Shown: piece by piece, positions 13,152 to 24,895 of the stretch
Position numbering within the stretch: the stretch's first letter is position 1
Layout: each line of letters opens with the position of its first letter
Assembly (NCBI GenBank): GCA_951406725.2
Contig: OX597832.1
Location: 33,914,001 to 33,978,000 of the forward strand
From: Octopus vulgaris
Taxonomy: Eukaryota
Length of the DNA stretch: 64,000 nucleotides
Direction of reading: 5' to 3'
Notes under the pieces: model-generated
Databases searched by the model: none
Told to the model about the DNA's origin: nothing
The model's input: the letters and a program-made list of their open reading frames with translations, nothing else
Translations under genes and position numbers: made by a program

Positions 13152-13510
13152 AAGGCAGTGTTCTGGCAGAATTGTTAAAACGCCGGAGAAAATGCTAAAG
13201 GCACTTTGTCCGTCTTTACTATTTACATTATAAGTTCAAACTCCGCCACGGTAGACTTTATCGTTCATTTATTCCGGATCCATAAGATATGTGCCTCCTT
13301 CAGTATTCGGATCAATGAAATAATCGAAGCCGTCTCCTCGAAATTTCAGGCTTTGCGCTTATTGTAGAGATTGATACGCATTCAAATTACTTCGAGATTG
13401 ACTTTGGTTTGCTGTTTATCTGTTCGGGTTCGATGAAATAACGACACTATATCGATCAAGCACGGTGATCAATAAAATCGAAAACCTTCCTCCTCCAGGA
13501 GTTCAACTTT
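13152..13510 (+). mobile_element. Two diverged family A SINE copies in tandem
   Basis: aaggcagtgttctggcagaattgtt...aagttcaaactccgcc, followed by a second partial copy from ttcaaatt at about 13381. Confidence 0.6.
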
Positions 13511-13557
13511 TCTGCCAACAATGGATAGGATTATCATGATCATCATCATCATCATCA

Positions 13558-13613
<56 letters not shown>

Positions 13614-14203
13614 GCTGTTGTTGTTCTTCATTTTCTTCTTTTTCTTCTACTTGCTGCTGTTGTTGCTGTTGTTGCCGTAGTTCAGCTGAACACTCGAAGC
13701 TATGAAATGTTGCTATTGTGACAGCCTCAAGTGTCATATTATTCCCTGATGCAGAGAGGAATCCCAGATTGTTTCAAGATGGCTTCTACCTTTTATTTCT
13801 TTCCTTTGAATATGTGAAATATTATGAACAATTCTAGATTTATTTTTTAATGTTTTCCTAAGATAAAATGTTTCTATACACTTCAAATGTGTATCTGCGA
13901 AAATATGTGTAAAAATGATGCGCTAAGCGGGAGCAATGGTCAATATATATTTGTAAGAGAATATGGAAAATGTTTTGTTTTTAAGTGTTTCAAATTGAAG
14001 AAATTTCAGGAGAAAAACTGAAAATTAGTGAAGGATGCTTGAAAGTTGTATAAAATGTTGGAGTGGATTTAGAAAGTTTGATAAAAGTAAAAACATAGGC
14101 TTTAGGCTAGGAATATCAAGAATATCTACTTGAGGGGACATTTTCGGAAAGGCGATACATACACACACACAGACATACACACACATGCACACGTTCACAC
14201 TCG

Positions 14204-14235
<32 letters not shown>

Positions 14236-14409
14236 TACTCAAATACATATGTATGATCAGATACACGCAAACATACATACTTTTATACATACATACATAC
14301 ACACATACATACACACATACATACATACATGCATACATACATACATACATACATACATACAAGTACATATGTAGGAAGAAGCTGTCTTACACAGCTTTTG
14401 CAGCATTAT

Positions 14410-14830
14410 GACTGGGTGTTGAAACAATGAATCGCTCAAAATGTGGATGTGATATATCTCGACTAGGCAAAGGCTTTGATAAGGCTGATCATGGGAGGTT
14501 ATGTCACAAACTACGGAGGTTCGGCATAACTGGGAAGATTGGAGAGAGGTTGTATGACTTCTTAAATGAAAGAAGCCAAACTGCAGCAGCCAGCAGATCC
14601 CTCTCCAAGAAGACAGTAATAGGTGCGCCTCTAGGATTTTTATTGGGGCCGCTGTTGTTCATGGTGACTCTTTCAGACACCGCTTCAGGTACACAGACAA
14701 CCACGCTTACTAGCTGTACCGATACCACAAACAGTAAAGGAACCTTCTTGTGCTAATCTTCTACAGAAAAACCTAGATGCCATGTATAAATGGGCTGAGG
14801 ACAACAAGAGGCAATTTAATGCACCCTGTA
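14410..14830 (+). mobile_element. CR1-like LINE reverse transcriptase fragment
   Basis: ORF 14427-14756 reads GKGFDKADHGRLCHKLRRFGITGKIGERLYDFL...LLGPLLF, a decayed KAFDKVDH...GVPQGxxLGPLLF. A downstream LDAMYKWAEDN..QFN segment follows. Confidence 0.85.
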
Positions 14831-15329
14831 TATATATATATATATACTAATCTATACACCTACATGCAAATATAAGTATATATAGATACATATATATATA
14901 TATATACATACACACAAACATATGCATAGATACATACATGCATACAGAGATACGCATAAATGAATAATTATATATGAATATATTTATGCACATATAAGTC
15001 TATAAAACATTCATACCGATAAATTGCAAGCTAACTATCTAGCAATCTAGCTATCTAGCTATCGAGCTAGCCAGCTAGAGAGTGCGTGGAGGAGAACATC
15101 ACTTTTACCGCCACTACATCAGTAGTAGTTACCATCACTATTTTAACCAAATCCTTACTGCTAGCATTGCCGCCATTAATAGCACCATCTAAGCTAACGT
15201 CACTATTACGCTATAAATCTTTCGTTGTACTATATTAAATTATTCCCCCATTAAAAGAGAAAATCCTATCATTTATTCACACATGCCTCGTGTGTATGTG
15301 TACAAACATACTCACTTATAATACATAGA

Positions 15330-15353
15330 TGCATACACACACACATATATATA

Positions 15354-15400
<47 letters not shown>

Positions 15401-15492
15401 ATATATATATATACATATATGTATATATATATATATATACATATATATACATATATCTATTTATCCATATATATATATCTCTCTATATATAT

Positions 15493-15554
<62 letters not shown>

Positions 15555-15640
15555 CTATATATATAGAAAGAGATATATCTATATATGTGTATATATATAT
15601 ATACACATATCTATATATATGTTTGCTTATATATCTATGA
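15330..15640. repeat. CA/CT/TATC/TA compound microsatellite
   Basis: Directly visible. Confidence 0.95.
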
Positions 15641-16024
15641 ATGTATGCACCTCCTTCATTCATCTTCATTATCTTCACATATTTCTATGGCGCCGTTTTC
15701 GTCTTTTAACCAACCTTAGCCTCCACAGAACTCGTCTTAACCGAAACTACCTCTCCATACATTCCTCACCATTTTTCATTCAAATCAAATATACTTCCAC
15801 ACACACACAAGCACATGCACGCACGCGCACACACGCACAAACATGTACGTGCACACACACGCATGTATATTCTTATACATGCGTTTCAGAGGATTATTTT
15901 TTGCTCTTTGCAGAATCTGCATTTTCTAAGATATATAAATATTTATTATGTGTATTTGTATAACTGTAGATGTAATTATTTACATGTATGTACATGCATA
16001 CACGAATATATATATATATATATT

Positions 16025-16063
<39 letters not shown>

Positions 16064-16068
<5 letters not shown>

Positions 16069-16371
16069 CGTGATCACCGTGACTAACCAAGCTATCAGAT
16101 GTTGCTACACATCGCTGGTCACAATGCGCTTCGCATTGTTTTTTAGCCTTCAAATGACGCCACCCACTGGCTAAATGAGCAGGCCAACAGAAGAAAGACT
16201 GAGAGAAAGTTGTGGCGAAAGAGTACGGCAGGGATCGCCACCACCACCCTGCCGGAGCCTCGTGGAGCTTTAGGTGTTTTCGCTCAATAAACACTCACAA
16301 CACCCGGTCTGGGAATCGAAACCGCAAACCTACAACCATGAGTCTGCTAACCACTGGGCCATTCCGCCTCC
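16064..16371 (-). mobile_element. tRNA-derived SINE (family B, OR-like head)
   Basis: The reverse strand starts ggaggcggaatggcccagtggttag (A box) ... ggtttcgattcccagaccggg (B box) and ends in tcacggtga repeats. It is embedded in (TA)n and shares its head with 35619-35810. Confidence 0.85.
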
Positions 16372-16389
16372 ATATATATATATATACAT

Positions 16390-16633
16390 TACACCAGGAC
16401 ACGTCAAAAAAGAAACTGACCACACAAAATTCAAGAAGTCTTTGGACAAATTCCTTCAAACAGTACCGGACAAACCATCCACACCCGGATATGTCTCCGC
16501 AAACAATAACTCTCTGCTCGAATGGGCCTTGGTGCCCAAATCCTGAACTGAAAGACTTCGCCAGGTGGTGCTATTAAGTTAGACATGGCCTGGGCCAATA
16601 CTGGCCAAAAACCTTTCTAAGTTATTCTAAGTT

Positions 16634-16634
<1 letters not shown>
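16390..16634 (+). mobile_element. CR1-like LINE 3' end (5'-truncated) with short tandem tail
   Basis: PGHVKKETDHTKFKKSLDKFLQTVPDKPSTPGY..NSL C-terminus, 3' UTR ggtggtgcta..ggcctgggcc and tail ttctaagtta x2. Same family as the 3' end at 32557-32700. Confidence 0.85.
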
Positions 16635-16752
<118 letters not shown>

Positions 16753-16890
16753 CGGAGATGTACTCGCATAGCAAGTAATTTGATCTGAGATCGTGTGCTG
16801 AAACGAAAACAATTGCAGCGTGGGAGGTGTTTATAAGCCATTTAAGAAACACACAAAAGCCGTTCGATTCACTCCAACATTTAAGTTTAA

Positions 16891-16940
16891 TTTGTCAAAA
16901 TATTTTCGTCGCTAAAATCCGCGACCTGTTCACTGACAAA
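16891..16940 (-). ncRNA. Minimal type-I hammerhead-like motif, G3-C8 variant (mirror copy)
   Basis: Exact reverse complement of 17740-17789. Confidence 0.6.
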
Positions 16941-17739
16941 GTCCGTGCTGCATCTAAGAAAGTAACAGTTAGTTCGTCATATATATGTATGTACGTATGT
17001 ATGTGTGTATGTATGCATACATGTGTGTATGTATGTACGTATTCATGTCCGCACATACGCCTGTGTATGCATGTATGTATGTATGTATGTATATATGTAT
17101 GTGTGTGTATAAGCACGCACATACACTCTATAAAACATAAAGTTATAAACCTGTAGCGATGGATGGATGTAGAGTGACCACTCATCACAACGCTATCAAA
17201 TTTCAACTCCCTACGGCCGAGGCTAGAAAGTGAATTTATGACGCTTGCTCACAAGAACTATACCCTAAAATCTATTATCAGATTTTTATCTCTATATCAC
17301 AGAACTAATGTTTTACTATTGTTCGTATGTATGTATGTGCGTATGTATGTATGTATGTATGTATGTATGTATGTATGTATGTATGTATGTATGTATGTAT
17401 GTATGTATGTATGTACATACGTACATACATACATACATACATAAATTCACTTTCTAGCCTCGGCCGTAGGGAGTTGAAATTTGATAGCGTTGTGATGAGT
17501 GGTCACTCTACATCCATCCATCGCTACAGGTTTATAACTTTATGTTTTATAGAGTGTATGTGCGTGCTTATACACACACATACATATATACATACATACA
17601 TACATACATGCATACACAGGCGTATGTGCGGACATGAATACGTACATACATACACACATGTATGCATACATACACACATACATACGTACATACATATATA
17701 TGACGAACTAACTGTTACTTTCTTAGATGCAGCACGGAC

Positions 17740-17789
17740 TTTGTCAGTGAACAGGTCGCGGATTTTAGCGACGAAAATATTTTGACAAA
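17740..17789 (+). ncRNA. Minimal type-I hammerhead-like motif, G3-C8 variant
   Basis: Parse: TTTGTCA [stem I] GTGAACA [core, CUGANGA with C3/G8 swapped] G GTCGC-ggatttta-GCGAC [stem II] GAAA ATAT TT TGACAAA [stem I']. Helix III is the palindrome AATATT, and ATTAAA follows. Confidence 0.6.
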
Positions 17790-17869
17790 TTAAACTTAAA
17801 TGTTGGAGTGAATCGAACGGCTTTTGTGTGTTTCTTAAATGGCTTATAAACACCTCCCACGCTGCAATT

Positions 17870-17908
<39 letters not shown>

Positions 17909-18438
17909 TAGATAGATAGATAGATAGATATATAGATAGATAGATAGATATATATATATATAGATAGATAGATATATATATATATAGATAGATAGATATA
18001 TATATATAGATATATATATATATATATATATATAGATATACGTTATGTTTTTGTTATTGTTCGTTGTGGTGATGTTGCTGATGTTGTTGGTGCTGTTGGT
18101 TGTGTTTTTCGTGTATGTTTTTGTCGTGGTGTTTTTCCGTTCTTTTGTTGGTGATGCGTTCATCATCTTGTTGGCATCAGTGACAATATTGCTGTTGATG
18201 ATGTTTGTATTGGGGTTAATATGACTGAGATTATTTTGGTTTATGGTGTTGTGGCAATGGTGGTGCTGTGCTGCTTGTACTCGTCGTGCATCGGTTGTGG
18301 TTTTGATGTTGTTGGTGTCGCTGATGTTTGTTTTGTTTTGGTGACGAAAATCCAGCTTAACCTTGGTCGCATTTCAAGGCGAAACACAAAGAAATTTTAA
18401 AGCTAAATTATGCTGATTATGATGATAAAAATATTGTT

Positions 18439-18489
<51 letters not shown>

Positions 18490-18494
18490 TTGGT

Positions 18495-19094
18495 GATTTT
18501 TTATTTATTGCAAGGGCGAAGGATGAGGAAGACAAAACAGAGACAGACTTAAAATGTAGGTGTTTACATAAAAGGAAATTATTAAGTCAAAGGAGAGAGG
18601 AAAATATATACGGCATACAATAAAAAAGAAAAGAAACATATGGTATACAACAGCGAGAGGAAAGAAGATGGATGATAGTGATGCGGTCCTCCTGTATTAG
18701 GAAGACCTCTAGGGATAATCAAGGGTCATCACTCTCCAAGATCTCCCTGTACACCAAAGGCAAGTGCCTTCTCGAATTTCTTTTCTCCGACTCACAGATC
18801 TATAAAGAGCGTACAATTCACTTTTGCACATTTCACAACTTTCACTCCTTTTCCATAAATTCACTCGAGGGTGGTACCTCCCTCTTCGTCCATACTTTCC
18901 TTTACAAAAAATGTCGATAAGGGCTCTACCGAAGAGGAGTGTCTCTGTCCTCATGCCTTTCATCCTCCACCACCAGACATCCTCTTTCACCACAGCTATC
19001 AGGCAAAGAAAAACTGCCTTACCTGCCCAATTAAAGGAGGGCAGTGGCGCAAATAGCACTATGGTGTTGGCCGTGAAACGGTTCTGTTCCACAA

Positions 19095-19095
<1 letters not shown>
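18495..19095 (-). mobile_element. L1/Tx1-like LINE 3' end
   Basis: ORF 18709-19092 reads FLCLIAVVKEDVWWWRMKG...GRALIDIF, resembling an ORF2 C-terminus. A pyrimidine-rich 3' UTR ends in aataaataaaaa on the minus strand. Confidence 0.7.
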
Positions 19096-19147
<52 letters not shown>

Positions 19148-20142
19148 GGGATTAGTATAGTAAAAGGGGCCCGTGGGAAAACACATTTAAATAAAAGGGT
19201 TGGGTAACGCTGTTGGGAACCACTGATACAGTGTTCAGGATGGTATCCATCCGATCACTAGAACTTGGTTTCGATCCCCGGAGCTAGTGTTGTGTTGTAT
19301 TCTTGTGCAAAACAATTCATTTTACATCAATCCGGTTCATTCATGAGTCAACCTGCCACCAATCCGAGTAATCTACCCAATGAGCCCTGAAACTCACTGA
19401 TCTTTCTCCTCAAACTCAGGTCCATTTTATTCGTCTCTGCTTTCTGAAGATGGTTCTAATTTTGAAGTGTTCGTTCTGGAATTTACTTACGCCATACACG
19501 TTCAGGAAATTATTTTTATGACTTTTCGTACTGACCTTGCTGTGGACAAAATTGTTGTTGCAGGTGATTTTATGATTGCAATTGTTGTTAGCGCTGCTGC
19601 TGCTGTTGTTGTTGCAGTAATCATCGCTGTCGTTGTTGTTGTTGTTCGGGACGGTACTTTCATTTTATTTTTATTGCTTTCTTTCATTCGTAAATACACA
19701 CACACACACAAACGCACACACATACATGTATATATGTATGTGTGTGTTTATATATACATACATACATATATGTGAGTGTGTCTGTATACACACACACACA
19801 CACACAAGACTCATAAATCACCTCCACACAAACGTGACAAAGTATTGGCTTGCGAAGGTGTTTGGAAGATATGACAAAAATCTAATTATATTTCTTTCCT
19901 ATATAGGTAAAAGTCGCAATATTTTATTACAGTTATTTTTCTTATTGGAACGAAATTAGAATGAAGAAGCGACAAGGAGGAGGAGGAGAAGAAGGAATAG
20001 AAAAAGAAGAAGGAAGCGAAGGAATGAGAAGGGGGCGGTCTTTTGCATGTTTTCCTAATACCTAATGCGGGTAATAATCGATGGAACTGATGATGCTCGG
20101 CTTAGTTTTGTAATCTGCAGATTTCATGACTCCCTTATTTAC

Positions 20143-20193
<51 letters not shown>

Positions 20194-21067
20194 GCTCTTT
20201 CTCGTTATCACAGGTTTTGTTGCAGCTCCTAGAGTCATACATGCGTAGCAGGTTAACTACCTGCAGCCTACGGTACCATGCTATCCATTTTTTCTGCTAA
20301 TACTTTCCTGATTATTCTGGTTGTACCAAGGAAGCAAAACTTTTGTAACAGTTCTACTGGGCTCTCTATTCCAATTTCTTTTCTATTCCTTTTGATGCAT
20401 TCTGATACTGTTCTCAAGAACCCAGCAATAATTGGCACTATCTTCACCTTCTTCATTTTTCATAGCCGGGCTATTTCGTACTTAAGAAGGTTGTATCTAG
20501 ATATCTTTTCGCCTTTCTTCTTCACAAATCCGCGGGTCAAAGGGACAAGCAGCATTAACTATATAGCATATGTGGTGCATCTTGTCGACCATCACTAGAT
20601 CCAGGTCTATTATGGTCTAGCACCTGCTTTGTTTGAATTGAGAAATCCCAGTCGATTTTGCTAGCCTCCAGCTTCGCCACTCTCTGCGATTTGTTCTCAT
20701 ACCAAGTCTTGCCTCTCTCTAACCCTCTCTTTTCGCAGTTTCCAGTATAGCGCTTTCGCTACCTGATCTTCTCGCCACAACTTGCGGTGGTTTTGGGCAA
20801 GTCTGGGGCATTCGTTCATGATATGGGCAATAGTTTCATCCACTCTATTACAGATGCGGCACAGAGGAGACACTCTCTCATTCCTAAGGTTCACCCTCCA
20901 GTTCGTGGCCAAAGCTTGGTCTTGCGCTGACAGTATAGTGCTCTCGGTCTCTGTTTTCAGTGTTCCTTTCATCCTTTCACTACTTGGCAACCATATGGCT
21001 TCTGTTCTGAAAAGCTTTCCTCGTCTCATCACCATCGTAGCACATTTTGAGAGTCCAAATTTTGTTT

Positions 21068-21069
<2 letters not shown>
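20194..21069 (-). mobile_element. R4/Dong-type RLE LINE fragment flanked by (TAA)n
   Basis: KFGLSKCA..RGK, ETESTILSAQDQALATN, CCHC finger CRIC..ETIAHIMNECPRLAQ, HNRP-LVMVDK..ACPFD and IVPIIAG..LQKFCFLGTTRIIRKVL. (TAA)n arrays lie on both sides on the element strand. Confidence 0.92.
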
Positions 21070-21129
<60 letters not shown>

Positions 21130-21169
21130 GCTGTTGTTGTTATTATTATTATTGTTATGACTGTTTAAA

Positions 21170-21526
21170 GGCGACGAGCTGGCAGAAACGTTAGCACGCC
21201 GAGCGAAATGCTTAGCGGTATTTCGTCTGCCGCTACGTCCTGAGTTCAAATTCCACCGAGGTCGACGTTGCCTTTCATCCTTTCGGGGTGGATTAAATAA
21301 GTACCAGTTACGCACTGGGGTCATTATAATCGATTTAATCCGTTTATCTGTCCTTGTTTGTCCTCTCTGTGCTTAGCCCCTTGCGGGTAGTAAAGAAATA
21401 GATATTTCGTAAACGCGTCGAGCTGGCAGAAACGTTAGCACGCCGGGCGAAATGCGTAGCTGTATTTCGTCTGCCGTTACGTTCTGAGTTCAAATCCGCC
21501 GAAGTCGACTTTGCCTTTCATCCTTC
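21170..21526 (+). mobile_element. Family A SINE, full copy (21170-21400) plus tandem partial copy (21415-21526)
   Basis: ggcgacgagctggcagaaacgttagcacgcc...gagttcaaattcc (B box)...ttagccccttgcgggtagtaaagaaata, with the head repeated immediately afterwards. Confidence 0.92.
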
Positions 21527-22720
21527 CAACTAACGGGCCTTTCATGTTATCCTTCATTATCAAAGTTGCTTTCCCTTCAACCATTCAACTTGGAACTGCC
21601 CTTTCTACTACATACTAATTTAAGTACTTTGCTAACCTTAGATGAACACCTTTAAATGTTTTTACTCAGAATCCTTGGAAACTATCTGGCCCATGAGATT
21701 TTCAGTTTGACATTTTCCTAACTAACTCTTGGACGTCTTCGTTTGAAATTCTGTCCCTCCTCAGTTTTGATGCATTATATAACTTATTCTCAACTTCATT
21801 TTCCACCTCGAATCTCCATTATGCTGTTTTGTAACACTCCGTAAATTTGATCAAAATTCTTTTAAACATTCAGTGCAACCATTTTCATCTTTCAGTGTTG
21901 TACAGAATATCTTCTAGTTTGCAGAGAACTGTTTTATTCTTATTATGTTTGTACACTTGAAGAGGGCCTAACCCGATTTCATTTTGTCTTGATTCGCTGT
22001 TTCCCTTTTTTTTATCACAATATTTAAACCATTCAAGATTACCTTATACTCCATATCCATACATTGTCGCTCTCTTACTTTGGCTCTTTTCCATTTTCCC
22101 TCTATGCCTTACATCTATTTTACCTGCACTTTTTCTGAACTGAGTTGTGTCACCTTCTAATTTTCTCTTCTTACACTTCTTTCTCTCTATTTGCATGACA
22201 CTTAATCATAGACCAACGAGAATACCTGCAGCACTAATTAACTTTCTAAATACCTGAAGACATTAGCTTCTGTAAACTTCTTAGCATTGTCTACTGTCGC
22301 TGTTTCACTGGCTACACAACTTCTCTCCATATTACGAAGATTCAGGGAGTTATTATTGAATCCAAGATCATAAAATAGATCGCTCAGCCATTCGATATTC
22401 AATCTTGCTCCTTCTTTATTTCCATTCGACTTTTCAATGTGAACATCATCAATCACTTGATTTCCCACCCCTTCCACATCTTTTCCTACATTATCAGAAT
22501 CTTGGTAGTCTGTATTTTCTTCAAATGAACTCACTGCAAACTCTTTCTTCCCCCATTTTCTACATTCATCTTATCTACTTCAATATTTACATCCATACAA
22601 AGTATTTCAACTCGTGCTGAACCAATTACTAAGTCTACGCTTTTTAGATGTCCAGCAAATTGTTCACCTGATGTTTCTGTTTTTCTTGTTGTGAATACTA
22701 TAATTAAGCTAGTACCAGCT
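21527..22720 (-). mobile_element. R4/Dong-type LINE, N-terminal/pre-RT part, decayed
   Basis: The minus strand reads KEF*SNL..KQHN, GPDSFQGF*VKTFKGVHLRLAKYLN and PS*MVEGKATLIMKDNMKGPLVG, matching the RT domain-0 GPD.IQGFWxK...GxTxLIxKD pattern. Confidence 0.75.
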
Positions 22721-22759
22721 AATTTAATTGGTAGGAATTGATTCTTGAGGTTTAGTGAC

Positions 22760-22960
22760 AATTATTCACCTCAAGTCTCAAGAACTCTTTTCTCAGGATT
22801 CAAACACAATACAAGACTCCAGTTTTTTCCAAGTCTCAGTTTCAATTTCTTTCAGCCTCTTAAGCAGCGATTTGGATGTTGTGCCAAGTGCACCAGTTAC
22901 CACAGAAATAATTGCTGCCTTAGTCTCCCACAATCTGTTCAACTCTCTCTCTAGGTCCAT
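22760..22960 (-). mobile_element. R4/Dong-type LINE extreme C-terminal fragment
   Basis: DLERELNRLWETKAAIISVVTGALGTTSKSLLKRLKEI in ORF 22793-23098. Confidence 0.8.
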
Positions 22961-22998
22961 CATCATCATCATCATCATAATCATCATCACCATCATCG

Positions 22999-23036
<38 letters not shown>

Positions 23037-23995
23037 CCTGGGTGATATGTCAAGTTATATCTCCTCTGCTGGCCGATGTAGGTTTTATGGTGTCGCACGC
23101 CTTGTTTCCAAAACAGAAAAACGCCCTAAAGAAGCGAAAGCAGACAACATAATAGATTATCATGTGTGGTTTTAGCAATACTGTTGACTCTCAGCTTTGT
23201 TGCGCAATACGAACCAGCGGTAAATGCTGAGGTAACCATAAAGGCCATGAGTAGTATGTTGGTAATGGGCATTTAAGAACCAATAACCTCAAGTTTTTCT
23301 AGAGCTATCCTATCTACATCTTATGATAGTAATTACATGTGCAAGCTCTTTGTCTGTCCTCGTTGTATACTAAGCTCAGATTTAATTGTTTTGGTCATTA
23401 TGCCATCCAGGGGCTTCAGGTCTTTTGTTGCGCCTGGGATATATTCTGTTGTTACATCTACAATTGGTCAAACGTTTAATCCAGTGTTCTGGGAAATCTC
23501 TGTGTTTGATCTCTTAGCTGCCTATAGACACTACCAGAATTTTTCTAGTACTTAGGCTGAAATAAATTACGATGTATTCGGACAGTGATGCACATGGACA
23601 CCTGGAATATTCACAACAAAGACCAGGTCGCCCATCCAAGGTAGATCAAATCCCATCTTACGTCCAGCTAGTACTACCAGCATTAGCACTATCACATCGA
23701 AGGGTGGGGCTCCTCGTCCACAGTCCACCTCGTGGTAACCACGGCTGCTTCCACATCCAGCTCGATGGTCTTCTGTTCCCAGTGAAGCCAAGCATCTTGT
23801 GCGATCCGTTCTACTTCCAGCAGTAATTCTGGGAATTACACTGAAAGAGGCTAAAAGAGGCAGATAATGTTAGAGAAGGAAGATTGCAAATATTTCCCTC
23901 TCTCTCTCTCTCTCGTTGTCTCGCTCCTTTTTTCTCTCACCCTCTCTCATTCTCTCTCTCCTTCTTTCACCCTCTCCTTCTTTCTCTCCCTATTT

Positions 23996-24042
<47 letters not shown>

Positions 24043-24325
24043 AAATCTTATCTCCTCATCGATAAGTAGAACTAAATAGAATTGTATTATAAATCGTCTG
24101 AGAAAAGAGAAGAAAGAGTAGAAAAGACACAAAAAAGAAAACGGCTTCACTTTTATGCGACACATGAAAAGGAAATTATATGAAAAACAAGTTGGAAGTC
24201 TATGGCGAAAATACTTATTTCTTTGTTAGAAATGGAATCTTTTCATTTATAATATATATTTACAAATAGTTTCACTGCAGATAAGTAACAAATGATAACA
24301 TTTTTTTATGTTCCAGTTATTATTT

Positions 24326-24492
<167 letters not shown>

Positions 24493-24857
24493 AGTTGTTT
24501 AGTTCGGATTTTTTTTTCAGAAATGTTAAAATACAAGTAAGTTTTTAAAGTTTTCTTTCTTTACAACGCGTGTATAGTTTTATAAGTTTGTGTTTTGTTA
24601 AAAGCACATACATACACCTGTTTGTGCGCGTGTGTGTTATCTTTAAGTATGTATGCAGATATGTTTGCATACGTAAATATGCATACACTCGCACATATAT
24701 AGATATGCATAGTCACATATATGTATGCATAACATGTGTGTGTGCGTGTGTGTATATATGTTGTATATACACATATACACACCCATATGTGAATTCGTAT
24801 AAGTGTATAGCAGTATGCATATACAGACAGATAGATAGATATACATATATACATACA

Positions 24858-24895
<38 letters not shown>

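Larger units (their letters stand above)
16807..17873. repeat. Long inverted duplication: 434-bp arms 16807-17240 and 17440-17873, 199-bp spacer
   Basis: Arm ends were checked by reverse complement. The ORF track gives identical 109-aa translations for 16827..17156(+) and 17524..17853(-), and the paired coordinates each sum to 34680. Confidence 0.97.

Noticed and set aside
23100-23850. Possible RT remnant or HDV-like ribozyme (ccacctcgtgg at ~23725)
   Set aside because: The RT motifs are not recoverable, and P1/P2 pairing and the L3 consensus are incomplete.
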